A stretch of 64,000 bases of DNA from Perna viridis (Eukaryota): positions 32,018,103 through 32,082,102 of the forward strand of contig CM074519.1 in NCBI GenBank assembly GCA_037379345.1, in the 5' to 3' direction. Of this stretch, positions 1 through 13,726 are shown piece by piece. Within the stretch, counting starts at the first letter, position 1; each line of letters opens with the position of its first letter. The notes beneath the pieces were generated by a model. That model searched no databases and was not told the origin of the DNA. It saw only the letters and a list, made by a program, of their open reading frames with translations. The translations under genes and the position numbers were made by a program.

Positions 1-1770
1 TTTGAATGTATCATTTTGACTTCTAAAAATTGTATAAGAGTTCAGGTAGCTATAGGCTACCATAAGAAGACAATGTTAAGGCAGATAATATATTTTAAGT
101 AGATAATGTTTACTACATGTGTATTTACATGGATTAATTACAAGTATATTTATAGGACAATGTGTTATGTCTTCAGACCAAAACTATGAATGTGCCATGT
201 TTTTAAGACAGGAACAGGCTGATAAGTTGATAACACATGATGGTAAAGTTGCAGTTTAAGCTCTGTCTGTTCAATTTTAATTTTGTGTTTCTTTTTCAGT
301 GTGCAGACAGTCAAAAAGGAGCACAATTCTTCAGAAGATGAACAAATAATTGATGTTCTGAATGATTCTGTAGCTTCAGGTAATATTATAGGTACATGTA
401 GTTCAACCTGCATATACACATGTACATGTATACAAAACTTTGACGAAATATAAAGTTCAATTTTACAGCCAGCCAATGAGACTTATGATGCACTTAGATA
501 TTATATATGTGCATTTTGTTGTCTGCATTTGGAAAAGATAGGGGGAGGGTTGAGGCAACTTCTGTGCTTGTTTGGAGTTAGGAACCACTAGCTTTTGTTA
601 GTATTGCAGGTGCCCATTTTGCTGAACCAGAATTTTTGTTCGTTGATGCAGGAGTTAGTCAAAGGCAGACTCCAGGTACATCAAAATTTTCTAAATTGTG
701 TCACCATTCATCAATGGCCTGTAAAATGTCTTGAATTTTTTTTTCAATGTTTGGAAGGGTTGTTGTCTCTATGAAACCTTCAGTTTTTCTACTGTCTTCC
801 CTTTACTAAAAGCTAACATCAAGATAGTTCATAAATGGCGATCAATTTTTTGGCTAACAAAGGACCTAAAATTGTCAAATCTGCTGAATTTCTTTGCAGA
901 TTTTATCCTAGAATCACTCAAAATCACTCTGAGTGGATTGCCACTCTCTTTTAACTGCTGGTACCTGGTTCAAAGCCAGAAAACTTATTTTTCTGAATAT
1001 TTTTTCGTATTTATCAAAGACCTAGAGAAAACTTATTTTACTTCAATTCAAACAATGTTTTAATAATAAAGATTATGTAGTTTTGTCATGCAAATGTTGG
1101 AAAATAATTTTGAAAAGTCCAGTTTTTCTGAGAATTTTTGCAAAATGCAGAATAAACACTCATCTAGTATGCACAATTAAACTTTTTCATGTTTTCAAAA
1201 TCCTTTAAAAAAGAAGATAGTGATTAAATGACTGAAGATTTTTTTGTCAGAAGTACACCTAGGTGCTCCAAGGGAGGTAAATGTGGGACATTAATACTCA
1301 ATATTTGAATAACATGTAGTTAGTATCAAATTGAATTAGTGGTATTTGTTGAAGAATAATTTCATACAAATTTGTCTTATTGTTTTGTTAAAGGGAGGTA
1401 ATTAATTTGGAGTCCACTGTTAACAACTGGAATTTTAATGATAAATCTAATGAATATCCGGTTATAAAAATGAACCTTTCATTAACCTTATAAAGATTTG
1501 AATAATTTGATAATATGCTTAGTATCCTTAATTTTTACCAAAATGTGTCAAGTGTTTAAATTACAAATGTATGTACCGTAAAATTGAATGTTATATAGAT
1601 GTACAAAATGTATAGTTGACCCCGAAACTTATTTTACTGTTTGCATATAAGCATCCATGCATGATGAATACTTCAAAATAGACAGAAAGTATTGATTTTT
1701 TTATTAATACAAAATATACCCATACTCTCACTTTACTAAAATATAAAACATAAATACATGTACCAAACAG

Positions 1771-4700
1771 ACGAAGAAAAAAAGAAGCGTGATACTTCAG
1801 ACGAAGAGAAAGAATGGCTGGATGCTCTGGAGAAGGGCAATTTAGATGATTCTGGGATGTTGAAGAAGAGTAAAGATCCGAAATTACTCACAGCTAGACA
1901 GGTTAGTTACATCACATAAGTGATGAGAATTTTGCACAAAACTAGGAAATTTAGCTGGAACTGTTTGTATTTTATATATAATTACACTTGATAAAAAAAA
2001 AGATCTGGATTTCAATACATGTATAAAGACAATAATAGTACATTGTCCAGAAATAAAAACCATGTACAAATTTGGCACAAATAAAAAAAAGGTTGGCACA
2101 GCCTTGCATTTATCCTGACTGAGCCTCATTCGTATGTTTTTTTTGTCAATACACTGTTGTTATTGTCTATTTGCAGTGTTCTCCTATAAATTTTAAATAC
2201 ACTTGTGCTGGATGGCATGAGAAACATGTTCCTAAACCTGTCATACATTTTCATTGGCAGTGTGCCAAATCCAGTAATTTAGTACACATAATGGTGAAAT
2301 AACATATTGGGACAGTGATGGAAACAAAAACACCCACTTACACATGTACATGTACTAGTACTAAAAATACACATGTACATTTTTAAATGTACTATAAACA
2401 TTTTCTATGCAAATGTGACAGTATATACTGTATACATATAATCAAAGTGGAGCAGTGTGAAAAGGATAAAATTCATTGCATTAGGGGCAACAATGATTAA
2501 TTAATGACAGCATCATTGGTTTAGGAAACCTCTGCTTTGTACATGAGCCTGATTTCCATGTTTAAAATGTTTTAGAGAGCACTTTTCCATGGACAACAAG
2601 AGGAAGAATTACTCCAGCTTCCCTCAGGTAAAATCAGTTATTGTCATGATTTTTTATATGTTTAGCTAATCTATTCTGTGTTGTTTTTTGGTATATGGAG
2701 AAAAAGCTTCATAAATAAAATTGGATGTACACAAAATGTGTTCATTGTTCGTAGTTCTTTTAATACAGCTAAAAATCTCATTTTATTTTCATAGTGAAAA
2801 AAGGTCAAGGTGCAGTGTATAAAAATAGGAATCTGGTATAATTGCTAAAAAAAAACAAGCATCAAACTATTAAACTTCTACTGGTCACTACACAACATTC
2901 AATGATGGGCAAAACCCATATCATAAAGCATGCTGAAAAAGGCCCCGAAATAAATGTAGTGAAGTTATTCATAAAAGACAAAATCAACCTAATCTGTAGA
3001 AAAAAATATATAATGAACAAGTTTTCTTATTGTGTGACCTCTGTTTCAGAGAAATTAACAAAAAAAGACTGACGAATCAGAAATTTTTTTTATGTTTTAA
3101 TACTAAAAATCAAGATTTATTACAATAAAATATTGTTATTGTTGTATTGATGTCCTCTCTTAGGTCAAATGTATTACATGGAAAACCTACTCTGAGCATG
3201 TTTTTGTTGCATTCCTTTCTTTTCTAGGATTTTTAAATTCACATTAAGAAAAAGAAATCCTTATTTATTTAGATTTATGCATGCTGTAGTGCAACAGTAT
3301 CTCTAGAAAAAAGCTTAAAAAGATGGAACTATGTTTTTTGGCACTAAGAAACACCTGTACATGTAATTAACTTTATCAGTTAGTATAAGATTACAAATTA
3401 TTGATGTTTTTATAAACCCTTATGTAGTTCATTTATTTATTTTTTCTGATATTTGTACATTTTGTATTGGTTTTGTCTTTGGATAAATGACCTACTGACC
3501 TCATGAGAGAAGCACAGCCTCAGGTAACACTAGAGAACTGGTTGCTGGTTCTCACATTGGAGTTTTTTAAGCTTCACAAAGTGTTATGTGCATGTAATTC
3601 ATTCAATCTATTTAAAATGGAAACCTCTTTGTACTCTTTCTTTTCATTTTGTCTGCATTTAGATCTTATTAATATTTGGTTGTAGTATGTTTAAGCAATC
3701 AACATATATTTTAATACTGACCGAAAACATACAGTTACATTTTATTTGTGAAATTTTGTTGACTGATGGTTAATTTCTGTTCTTATGCGGCTGTGACAAT
3801 CTATGTGCATGTTTTAAAATCATCTACATGTGGAGATGATTAAAAAGGTGATGTATTGAAGATAACTTTTGTATTGATTGCTTACACAGCTTTCAACTGA
3901 ATGTTGCTAGATCTTCTACCAGAGGACATAAGTAAAGAGGAGGGAGGGCAGCATTGAAGGTTTGATTTTTAATAAGATTGCTCATTTAAACAACAATTTT
4001 ACAGGTTACAGACAAGTTGAGTTAACAGAAGAACAAGTTCTAAAGAGACAACAAAGAGCAAAGAAAAGAAGACAACAGGCTCATGAGAAAAGAGAAAAGG
4101 ATAAGGTGGATGTCAATTATAGTTTACTTCTTGATCAGTGATTTTCCATGCAACTCCTCTGAATAAGAATAAATTAAGCCCATGATCAACTTGTCAGAAA
4201 TTGTGTTTTTTGTTTTTATATATTATACATTTAACAGTCCAGGTTAAATGTATTTACTTTGTATTATAATTATGTTAATTTTCAAAATCATTATTGGGTT
4301 ATCTGACCAGTTAATTAAAGAAGTGGTATTCTCCTGAGGGTTCTCTAATGCAAGACCATTGTTGTAAAGGGAGGTAACTTAAGTTTACAATTTCATGCTT
4401 AGGTATGGACACAATCTATATTCTTTTCATTCCCTTATTATTTCTTAGTATCAAGAAGGACATTGGAGTTTATTAAGTATTGGTAGCATACATTATTTTT
4501 CTGTGAGAGACTTGTCGATGTATGCTGGTGCACTATATATTGGTATAAATATATTGTGGTGTTTTTGCTTTTTTGACTGATATCTTTACTTTTTATTTTT
4601 CAGAAACAAACTCTGGACAGACTATTAAAGAAACAGGAATCTAAAAATAAAGCACTTAAGGTGATATTCATATACTAAATTAAAAAGTTACTTTCATTTT

Positions 4701-6408
4701 TCCTTCCATTTCAAATCTCTTTGTAAGCTTAAAACTATGTATGTATTCCTGTAGAAATGTTTTAGAAGACTGAGCTGGAAACACAATTAAAACTGACAAT
4801 ACAGTATTTTAACTACAACTTATTTTAGATTCGTTTAATTTTTGGGCATCACAAATAGGAAAGTTGTATTCAGCTCTTAAAGAATCTCAATCAATAATAA
4901 GTGCAGTCAATCAGTGTGTTTATGGGAGTCTCGAGTTGATAGGACATGTTTATGGGAGTCTCGAGTTGATAGGACATGTTTATAGGAGTCATGGGTTGAT
5001 AGGGCATGTTTATAGGAGTCTTGAGTTGATAGGACATGTTTATAGGAGTCTTGAGTTGATAGGGCATGTTTATAGGAGTCTTGAGTTGATAGGGCATGTT
5101 TATAGGAGTCTTGGGTTGATAGAACATGTGATACAAATTTTGATATGTAATATTCAGTATATCACTGAGATCTCAACCATTGGGAATAAGCAAGACTGCT
5201 CTACAACACATGCTGTCAATCTGAGTTATAAAATCAAGTCACTTCCTTACTGCAAATGTCATTCCTGAAATAACTCTTTCTGACAGAAAGATTTTGAGCC
5301 GTCCATATTTCTATATATATAAAGGATATCAGTGACACTCTATCCTTGAAAAGTACCAATTATTCTATTACTATGGACAATGTGATAATGTTTATATTTT
5401 ATGTGTTAACCATTTACTTTTTGTTATACAGTCAAGGGGATCAAAGAAGAGTAATGCACCCAAAGTTCACTATGTAAACAATCATCATGGTATCACCATA
5501 TCAGTCCCAACAGGAATACAGTTCCCATTTACTGCAGAAAAAGCCAGGTATGTCAGTATCAGTCTCATTGTTTGTGTATCATGGATGATTTTTTTGTACA
5601 TCACTTAAGTTATGTGTTAATTACAAGGATCATGTGTGTCCATCACATAGTTTACAAGCATTTTTTTTGGAATATTAAGGTTTATCTCCTTCCACTTTAA
5701 AGCAGAAGTCAGCTTTTTCGAATCCTGATTTTACTATTATGATTCTTTTTTTACTGTATATTTACTTCCCATATTATCAATTTCCACTTTGTTTGTTGAA
5801 TTTGTAAAATCATGTCCGAGAGATACAATGCATATCATTAGAAATGTTGCATTGTATGGATACCAGATCTTCTCTATGCATTGCATACTTTTATTTGTAT
5901 AACTAATTTAAAAATGTGTAATAGGTCCCATTGCCACAGAAGGAATGCTTTGATGGATAATAAGGGTTAATGGCCTTATAATTTAAAAATCAAGGGCCGA
6001 AAAGTGGGTCTAAACAAGCATTTTCTTGACCTTTGTATATGTTGCTGATTTCTTATGTTTAACTGCTTATTCAATTGTCTCCCGTAAGGGGACATAGATA
6101 TGCCAGGCTTTTTTTGTAATGCTTTTACCAATTGATTTTATCTTTTGTGTGTATGACTAATTTAATCATATAAACAATGCTTGAACAGTGTAGAATTGGT
6201 GCTTGCATCATGTTGGTTCATATGATTAATATCTTCTCTTACTTTTTCTTTTAGTGCTCCTAAGCCAAAGCCCGTGTGTGGTGTAAAGGGTTGTACAAAC
6301 CTGAGGAAATATTCATGTTCAAAAACTGGTATTCCATTATGTAGCCTTCAGTGTTACAAAACAAACTTGAATCGACATTCTGCTATCAAAATGGAGGTAG
6401 TGACTTAA
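1771..6408 (+). CDS. INO80B: INO80 complex subunit B (Ies2/PAPA-1 homologue), 5'-partial. Coding exons 1771-1901, 2576-2627, 4005-4105, 4604-4660, 5432-5547, 6255-6408
   Basis: All exons are flanked by AG/GT and join in phase. Translation: ..DEEKEWLDALEKGNLDDSGMLKKSKDPKLLTARQ|RALFHGQQEEELLQLPS|GYRQVELTEEQVLKRQQRAKKRRQQAHEKREKDK|KQTLDRLLKKQ..|..SAPKPKPVCGVKGCTNLRKYSCSKTGIPLCSLQCYK..*. This matches the INO80B WLDALEKG/LLTARQRA signature, the PAPA-1 helical region and the C-terminal zf-HIT. N-terminal exons were not found and probably lie upstream of the window. Confidence 0.93.
4914..5129. repeat. 30-bp minisatellite (~7 copies) in an INO80B intron
   Basis: Unit GATAGGACATGTTTATAGGAGTCTTGAGTT repeated in tandem; it produces the spurious repeat ORFs 4864-5268 and 4891-5136. 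Confidence 0.95.
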
Positions 6409-8276
6409 CCATTAGCAAAATGGAGGTAGTGATTTAATTATCAAGAAAGTACAATTTTCATGATATGATTGGTATATCGGTTTAAGTGTCCATTTTGATT
6501 CTAGACAAAATTCATCTTGTGAAATTCATTTGCAAAGCAAGCAAAACATTCTATGAAACTAATGGAATATAGGTCAGCATATTCTCTCAGAGGGAGTTTA
6601 ATAGACCTATATAAATGAATGTCATTATATCATGAAGATAGATTTCTTAAATTTCAGGTACTTTCACATTATTGGAACTTGCATTACTTGAGCAATGGTA
6701 TGATATGTGGTAAGGAGTTCTGTAGAATATTTCCTATGACTTAAGGGTGGCTGTGCCATCCAGTAATTTATGGTGTTGAATTTCTCATATGGAAATCCAT
6801 GTAGATGGCTTTTGAAAGTTATTTTGAACTTTTTGAAGCGAGTCGTTTAGTGTTCCTGACTAGCAGTTAATTGAAGCTTACTTACTTGTAAATTGACAAA
6901 GCCAACTTTGTGGCAGGATAGAATCAGGAATGAAATACAAGGAGAACGAAAAAGTAAACAAATAAGCACTGGTATCGTGTGTGAAACTGATGGAGAAAGA
7001 TGTTATTAAAATTTATATGCAAATATTTGTTTTCAATTACTGTACATGAAGATAAAGAATACATAGTTTTAAATATTGTCCAAAGAGATTCTAGCTACAT
7101 TTACAACTGGTAAAGATTTTTGGTTTGGAGAATTGCTTTTCTTCTGTTTAAACTTACTATAGACAATTCCAAACATTATTTGTTGAAGTTTAAACTGAAG
7201 CAAGCTTACAATAAGTAAGTATTTTAGGTACCCCTAAACATTGATGATTAAATCATTGCATGTATCTAACATTTGGCGTCTAAAGTGAAATAAAAAATAA
7301 AATAACACCATCAAATGGCAAGATAGAAATTGTAAAAAATAATTAACCTAAAATCACAATCAACTAACATACTTCACAATAAGAGAGTACAGAACACCTG
7401 CACCACAAGTGCTTTCATTCTCTCCTTTTCATGCATATGAATGAGATAGTTACTTCAATTGCAGTACAGGGTCTGTCAGGAAAAAAAATGGGATGGAATT
7501 CTGATTTTGAAAATATTTAAACTTAATTGCTGTGAAGATAGTAAGTCTTGACCTTTGACTTCTTTAGAATGATAAGTTAAAACCTGATTTAAGTAGCACT
7601 CCAGATGAGAGTCATGCAAAATGTTTTTCATGGTTGCAAAGCCTACATATTTTTATTTTTGATATTTTGTTTAAAATGTTATAGTAAACAGAAATTAACA
7701 TGTGGCTTTTCATATAATCCTCCTTGTTCTAAGGATATAAAAATATATAGAATGTACTGCATACTTGCCAACATATAAATGATGAAAACCCTGACAATAT
7801 TGGTGAGGGGTCTGGGGACCGAAAATAGTATTGTGACATCATAATTTACGATCAATTTAACACTTACGACTTCTTGTGAATTTGACGCCTGTTATTGGGA
7901 GACACTAAATATTTTATTATTTTTTTTAACAATTTAAGTCTTTGTAAGTGCTGTGTATATATTACATGTAGTTTGTCTGTAACAATGATAGATATTAATT
8001 TGAACTGTTAGACTTCTTGCATTTTCAAGGGGTGGAGAAATTAGCTTAGTATAGAATAGAAATAGAATAGACTTTTTTTGTTTTTCCTAATTACAGGTCC
8101 CATAAAAAACATATAAATCAAGTGCAATGATTGATGTAATTAAGTAAACAGTAACACATTACACAGTAGTATTTATGTATCATTATATAAACGTAAGCCT
8201 CATGTAGTCAGAATCAGAACCATAAAAACCACATAGGTATCAAATAACAGTATCAAAACATGTTCTTAGGTTTAAA

Positions 8277-8790
8277 GCCCCGTGCAGGTCCGGGTGTTGA
8301 AAGAATAGGCCTGCAGCAACGCTAAGCTTGTCGTATAAGGCGACTAAATAGTGCTCAGAAACCTAGCCGGGGGCTAGGCGCTCTGCCCACAGAGCAACTG
8401 GGATGTGTGCCCCAGGTGGTGGAATGGGGTACCCCTGGCATGTTACATGCTGGGGTTGTCAGGCTATAATACGGAAAACCTGACCGCAAACCATATTGGT
8501 GCACCGTGTTGGGAAAGATGCCACGTTCCTCGCACGTTAAAGAACCCTGCTGTGGTATTCGATAGGAGTAGGAACCTTTGCGCTCCGCCACAGGAGGCTA
8601 AATTGCCCGACCTTACCCACCCCCCTTTTTCCAGTGGCAATCGGAGTTTGTCGACCCTATTGTCCTTGTGTCCCATCTTTTTTTTTCTTTTCATTTCATG
8701 TCCATTTTATCATCCATTTCATGTTCATCGTCTGAATATAGCTGAAATATTGCTGCTCGGACGTTAAACCCCCAACAAACAAACAAACAA
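8277..8790 (+). mobile_element. ~515-bp non-autonomous retroposon (SINE-like), copy 1
   Basis: Closely similar along its length to 25113-25629. Has a (CAAA)n tail and a 13-bp TSD (TCTTAGGTTTAAA 8264-8276 / TCTTAGGTTGAAA 8791-8803). Internal GCACGTTAAAGAACCC..GAGTAGG resembles the MetaSINE central domain; the 3' end ATATAGCTGAAATATTGCTG..GGACGTTAAAC resembles mollusc SINE tails. Confidence 0.9.
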
Positions 8791-9194
8791 TCTTAGGTTG
8801 AAATAACTACTAATAAATAATTTACCGATTTTCTCCATAATAGACAAGTTTTCTACATTCAATCGATTTCACCTCGGGTACTTTAATTTGTCGAATGGTT
8901 TTAGTGTCTGAATGGTGTTCGTAGAGGAGCACTCAAATAAATACAAATGTTCGGTTTTCTATGATGGACATAGACGTATTCAAGTAAGCATTTTTGTTTT
9001 CAAATACCTTCGAATATGTAGATTACAGATGTTTTGTGTCAAAACATGCATATAGTTGTCCTGTAAACTTGTAGTATTTTGATAATAGGTGAGAGCTGAT
9101 CAATACACATACTCAATATAGAACAGGTTGTCTAAAACACTAAAATATGACTCGTGTTATAACTAGCATAAAATAGATATCCTTAATATAGGTT

Positions 9195-9520
9195 ACCGCC
9201 TCAGTGGACTCAGTATAGCATGTTTGCTTCGAATGCGGGAGGTCGTCGATTCCACCCATGGCCGAGTCCCAATAAAAACTCACGGTTTCTCCGTCAAGCA
9301 CTCGGGGATAGAGTGACGACTGGTTGGCTCAGGCCAGAAATATGTATCCGAGTGGGGTGACATGCCTACCTGCGGGCTGTTGCTTCTGTGAGCTAGCACA
9401 TTAATATAGATCCGGCTCGTTGTGTCGGACCAGAACTAAGCAGGGTTCGTTAATCGTTCTTGTCCTGAAATGCATTAGATATCTGCATAGGACGTTCAAC
9501 CATAAGCAATCAATCAATCA
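9195..9520 (+). mobile_element. Decayed tRNA-derived V-SINE-like element (RUDI/BivaV-like)
   Basis: Degenerate tRNA-like head, then GACTGGTTGGCTC..TCCGAGTGGGGTGACATG..GTGAGCTAGCAC (V-domain-like core), ending in an (AATC)n tail. Confidence 0.7.
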
Positions 9521-9984
9521 TAGATGCAGCTATAGGATCTTATGGCATCACCTGAACACCGGCGTGTGAATCTTAACTCCGTTTCCCTTCTTGAAAGCAA
9601 CTATAGACTGTTTTTCCATGAGGAAAATTTTTTTTTCGAATTGGCCTTGCAATTGATTGGAACGTTTCCTCTGGTCTTAAATTAGCAAATATGTGATTGG
9701 TATTTTTTTGGTAATCCATTGAAGATCAATCAAGAAATTGTAAATGAATTAATATTAATTTTCTTCAGAATGTTTAAAATTTGCGAATTTCAATTTTGAA
9801 CAAAATTTCCTGCACAACTGAAGGATTCTTAGAAAAAATAATTATCCTTTGAAGCCCTTAAATAAAACGCAAACGTAAATATGTTTTTTTTTGCATTTAC
9901 AAATAATAAAAATATCTATTTAATAAATTTCCAATCTTCTACATCTTTTCGGAATTAGACCATCTGTTGATTTAGTTTTACTGC

Positions 9985-10212
9985 TTCGGTGTTTCTAGAA
10001 AAGCAGAGGACGCTTACCCTACCGGTGCACCTGGTCCATGCTCCCAGTTTTAGTGGAGTCCGAGTTGCTCATTTACTTTTGTTACTTTGTATGTATTATT
10101 TTAGTTACTTTATGTACTTTGTCGTGTTTGTCTTTTTTCCATGTCTGGTCTTTGCCCCTGGATTACATTCTTTTGATTTCCACTAGAATCTTGGTTCCCT
10201 GGATTACTGCTT
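9985..10212 (+). repeat. Dispersed ~230-bp repeat (retroelement 3'-end-like). Relatives at ~16275-16470 (+), ~18245-18450 (-), ~22060-22082 (-), ~25630-25700, ~32690-32810 and possibly ~63840-63940
   Basis: Shared GCTTACCCTACCGGTGCACCTGGTCCATG..CCAGTTTTAGTGGAGTCCG..TTGCTC and/or GGATTACATTCTTTTGATT..CTTGGTTCCC..GATTAC blocks across copies. Confidence 0.75.
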
Positions 10213-11255
10213 TTCAAACATTATTGAAGTACTAAGATTATTTATGACAGATATTGGGTAAGACGTATGATGTATGTAATGTGTTCTGTATTTTATATTT
10301 TTATTTTCTCGTGTGCAGAGTGGTCATTTCAAAACAAGAAGAACGGAAAATGTTATTTGTTTCAAATTTCATTAAAGCAAAATCCCGGTCTCTTTGTTAT
10401 TACACTTGTACATGTATGTATATCTAAAAATACCCTAAATATCTTTTCAAGAAAGGCATTTTCCTTCTCTAAAAATTTCTCGCTATGATAATAACTTTCG
10501 CAAACGGTTGCAATGACTTAGTAGAAAAGTGGCCGATGAGCGAGTGCCGTACCCGCCAGCATAGCTGATGACGTGGTGGTCACACATGTAGTTGTAATAC
10601 CGTAATATAAATTTCGAATATTTGTCAAAAGAATGACAAAAGTTTGCGGTGAAGTGATAACCCGCTATCATAACTGTCAAAAATGTGCAACCACATCGTC
10701 ATTGTAATTTTCTTCTAAATGCTTCTTATTAAAATATATTTTTGCTCCGATATAGACGAATTATACAATTGCCTAACCACAATCAAAATTGAAACAACGC
10801 ACTATACACAAAAAGACACTTTATCATTTGCAAAAATATAAACAAATGCATAAATATGTCAAAAAAATTCCACGAATTATATCATATGAAATGCATTTGA
10901 CAGGTGAATATGTACACTCTAAAATATTTTAATCCCAACCAGCGAAATCTACATGCATGGAAAGAACTGTTATCTTTAGTAAACTGTTTACTGTATATTC
11001 TGGCACGAACTTCAAACGCATTATAAACCTTTCTTTAAAAAGGTATGCAACGTGTCCTTCGTAGGGTTTTAACCCGCTAAGACGGATTTATTTTCGCTTT
11101 TAATCAATGGGAGGTTTTGTATCATAATCCTTTTTGTTTTTAATTAGTAAACAAAGATTGATCCTGTAGTAAATATTACCATGTTTGAAAAACAAACATT
11201 TTAATTGATCGAAATAGTGTGAGGGGGAATGTGGAGAAAGACATAAGTTGTTGTA

Positions 11256-13726
11256 ATGTCGAATAATTGGTTTGATGAAGCAATGACGCTAGAAAAAAGT
11301 GATAACATAAACAATCGAAAATTCAAAGGGAAAAACTATTATGAAAATTCTCTCCCTTCTCGACGAAATATTTTTAAACAGAGAGGACGTAACATAAAGG
11401 AACTTGACAATGGTTATGATGAAGATGATGAAGATGACGATGATGCAGACGATTTTGTCGGTAGAGGGCGTGTTAAGATACCACGTGTTCAAACTTCAGA
11501 TGGACCTGAAGGCTGTAGTTGCTATCCGAAACGCAGCGATAAAAATCTTCCTTCCATGCTGTATGAAGGATTACAGTGTAAGCATACTGGACTTAAAGGG
11601 GAAACCCACGCTGGCGTGGCAAAGTTCTCCGGAAACTGGAAAGAGGAATATGAGGAAGCAGATCCAGAAAGCACAATGCCTCAAAAGACTAGCTACATTC
11701 TTGGTTACCCAAAACCAATAAATTTAGATCCAGGTAATTCAGAAGGAGATGAAAATTATGCCAATTCGTACGAAAACCAATTTGAAGTGGACAAAGGCGG
11801 TTTTAAACACACATCCAAACGCAAACCTGCAAGTCAAAGCAGCAGAAAAAATGTCTCTCGGAAAAGTAAAAAAGACCACGGTAAACCAGACGATGTTACA
11901 CAAAAGACTAAAGAACCTAAACCGTTTGCAGGACTATTGGACGATATGGAAGAGGATGATGAAGAACCAGAAAGACCTGTTGCCAAACCAATATTAGAAG
12001 GTATAACTTTACCTCAAATCGGTTTCACACCGCCATCCACACCATCGCGAGATAAGTTGCGTTCTCATGACCGACAGTCAGCCAGGTCTGCAACGCGCTC
12101 ATTACCACCATTGCCCGAAAGTCCCTTTTTATCGAACCGGGACGAAAATTCCAAAACACGTAGACACAGCATTATACAGGAAGATGATTATTCTACTGAT
12201 GATGACGATATAGGTGGCGATGGGTACAGGAGAAAGCAGAAACATTCAAATATTGCAGAACGGGAATTTATTGGGCATTATTACGACGCAGGTAAGTTAA
12301 TTTGCCTTGTCTTCTCTGTTCTCTATCTACTATCGAGGGCAAATCCATGGAAAACGATAACGGGGACACGAAATGGACAATTGTTTAAGAAACCAATCTA
12401 CAAATAAAAGAAATAAAAGGTACTCACAAAAAGAAAAACGGACATCACTAGGGTTTACTAGAATCAGGTAACTCGGATGAAGTGCAATTATTGATTCTTG
12501 CAAGACACACAAAATATTGCTTGTTGTCTGGTCATTTGCCACAGTGGAAACGGACACTCCACATCGACAAATCAGGTCGTAATATTTTTTACAATCTTAA
12601 TTTGTTGGCAAAAATCTTTTTCCCATCTTTGTAAGATGCTGATCCCCCATCTAGACAATCAGTGTAACAGTCACGATCGCAATACGACTATTTAGAGATA
12701 GGCAGATGATAAAATTTGGGAAATTAACATCATATATACAATGAAAACTGGAATTCAAGGACTGTATAATTTTTTCCTTCTGACGACTGGTTTTGGATGA
12801 AAATTCTCTGACACTAGTGAAAATAAAGCAGCAGAAAGAAGCACACAATTTGTTCCAATCGTGTTGCCTGTTGAAACACTACACCAAGTTATAACATACA
12901 GTTTATCATCGGATAACGGACTCGGCACAAGTCAAAGTGTTCGTTTATAGTTTGGGATCTCTTTGATTAATCAAATCTTTTGTCATGAAATAGATGTAAT
13001 AATATCTGCCAGTTTCCATTAAACTACATTCCATCAACAACAAAAACTTCCACTTAAAGTATTCTTGATCTCTGGATAAAATCTCTGGATAAAATTTTGC
13101 TCTACAAAACTAATAGTTTATGAAACAAAATATAAAAAGAACATGAACATGTAGAGGTTCATCTACTTGACGTAGTGAGAAGATTGGTGATCTGAATCGA
13201 AGCAAAGCAATACGTTAGTTGCTAGACGAGTTTCCAAAATGTATTTGTTTTATTCCTACATTGATAAACATTGCACTAAACCAGGCATTATACACATTTA
13301 AACTAGACATTATATAGAATGAATATACAGATAAAAGGATGTACTGAAATAATGAAACATAAAAATACTCATAACATCGATCATTTTGATTTGCAACTAT
13401 GTAACTATTTTCAAAGCCGCACTTGATTATTATTTTTTTTTTTAATTTTAGCGAACAAACGAACAAGGAGCTATGAAATAATACCAAAGTTTCGGAAAGG
13501 ACTTGAGGAATGGAACGCTTACATTAACGATAGCAACCGACAAAACCAAATGATATCTGGCCTACAAGGCCGAAGGACTACGAATGGTAACTTTTATACA
13601 CGGGGAAATTCAGCAGTATTAGAGGACGACGAATATGATGCAGACGAAACTGATTACGAAGACGACCCTAAAAAAACAACAAAACAACCACCCATAAAAG
13701 GAAAATGGCAGAAATTTAAAAAATAA
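11256..13726 (+). CDS. Uncharacterised ~436-aa protein, largely disordered and acidic/basic, with CxCYP..LPSM..CxH and REFxGxYxD motifs. Exons 11256-12291 and 13452-13726
   Basis: 1036-nt open exon ending at GCAG|GTAAGT. A T-rich acceptor TTTTAG at 13451 gives an in-phase second exon (ANKRTRSYEIIPKFRKGLEEW...GKWQKFKK*). AATAAA at 14137-14142 is followed by a GT-rich tract. Motif homology to 35667-36694. Confidence 0.85.

Noticed and set aside
165-1063. 103-aa and 110-aa ORFs at the window start
   Set aside because: No motifs and no in-phase splice link to INO80B; most likely intronic.
4864-5268. Repeat-protein ORFs (also 26543-26901 and 55533-55742)
   Set aside because: Artefacts of mini- or microsatellites.
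8355-8767. Overlapping 76-120-aa ORFs conserved in both retroposon copies (also 25192-25604)
   Set aside because: Explained by the GC-richer sequence and recent common origin of the repeat; no recognisable protein motif.
12292-12407. Hydrophobic, TM-like C-terminus of the 383-aa track ORF
   Set aside because: Lies past a consensus GTAAGT donor shared with the paralogue; it is intron read-through.
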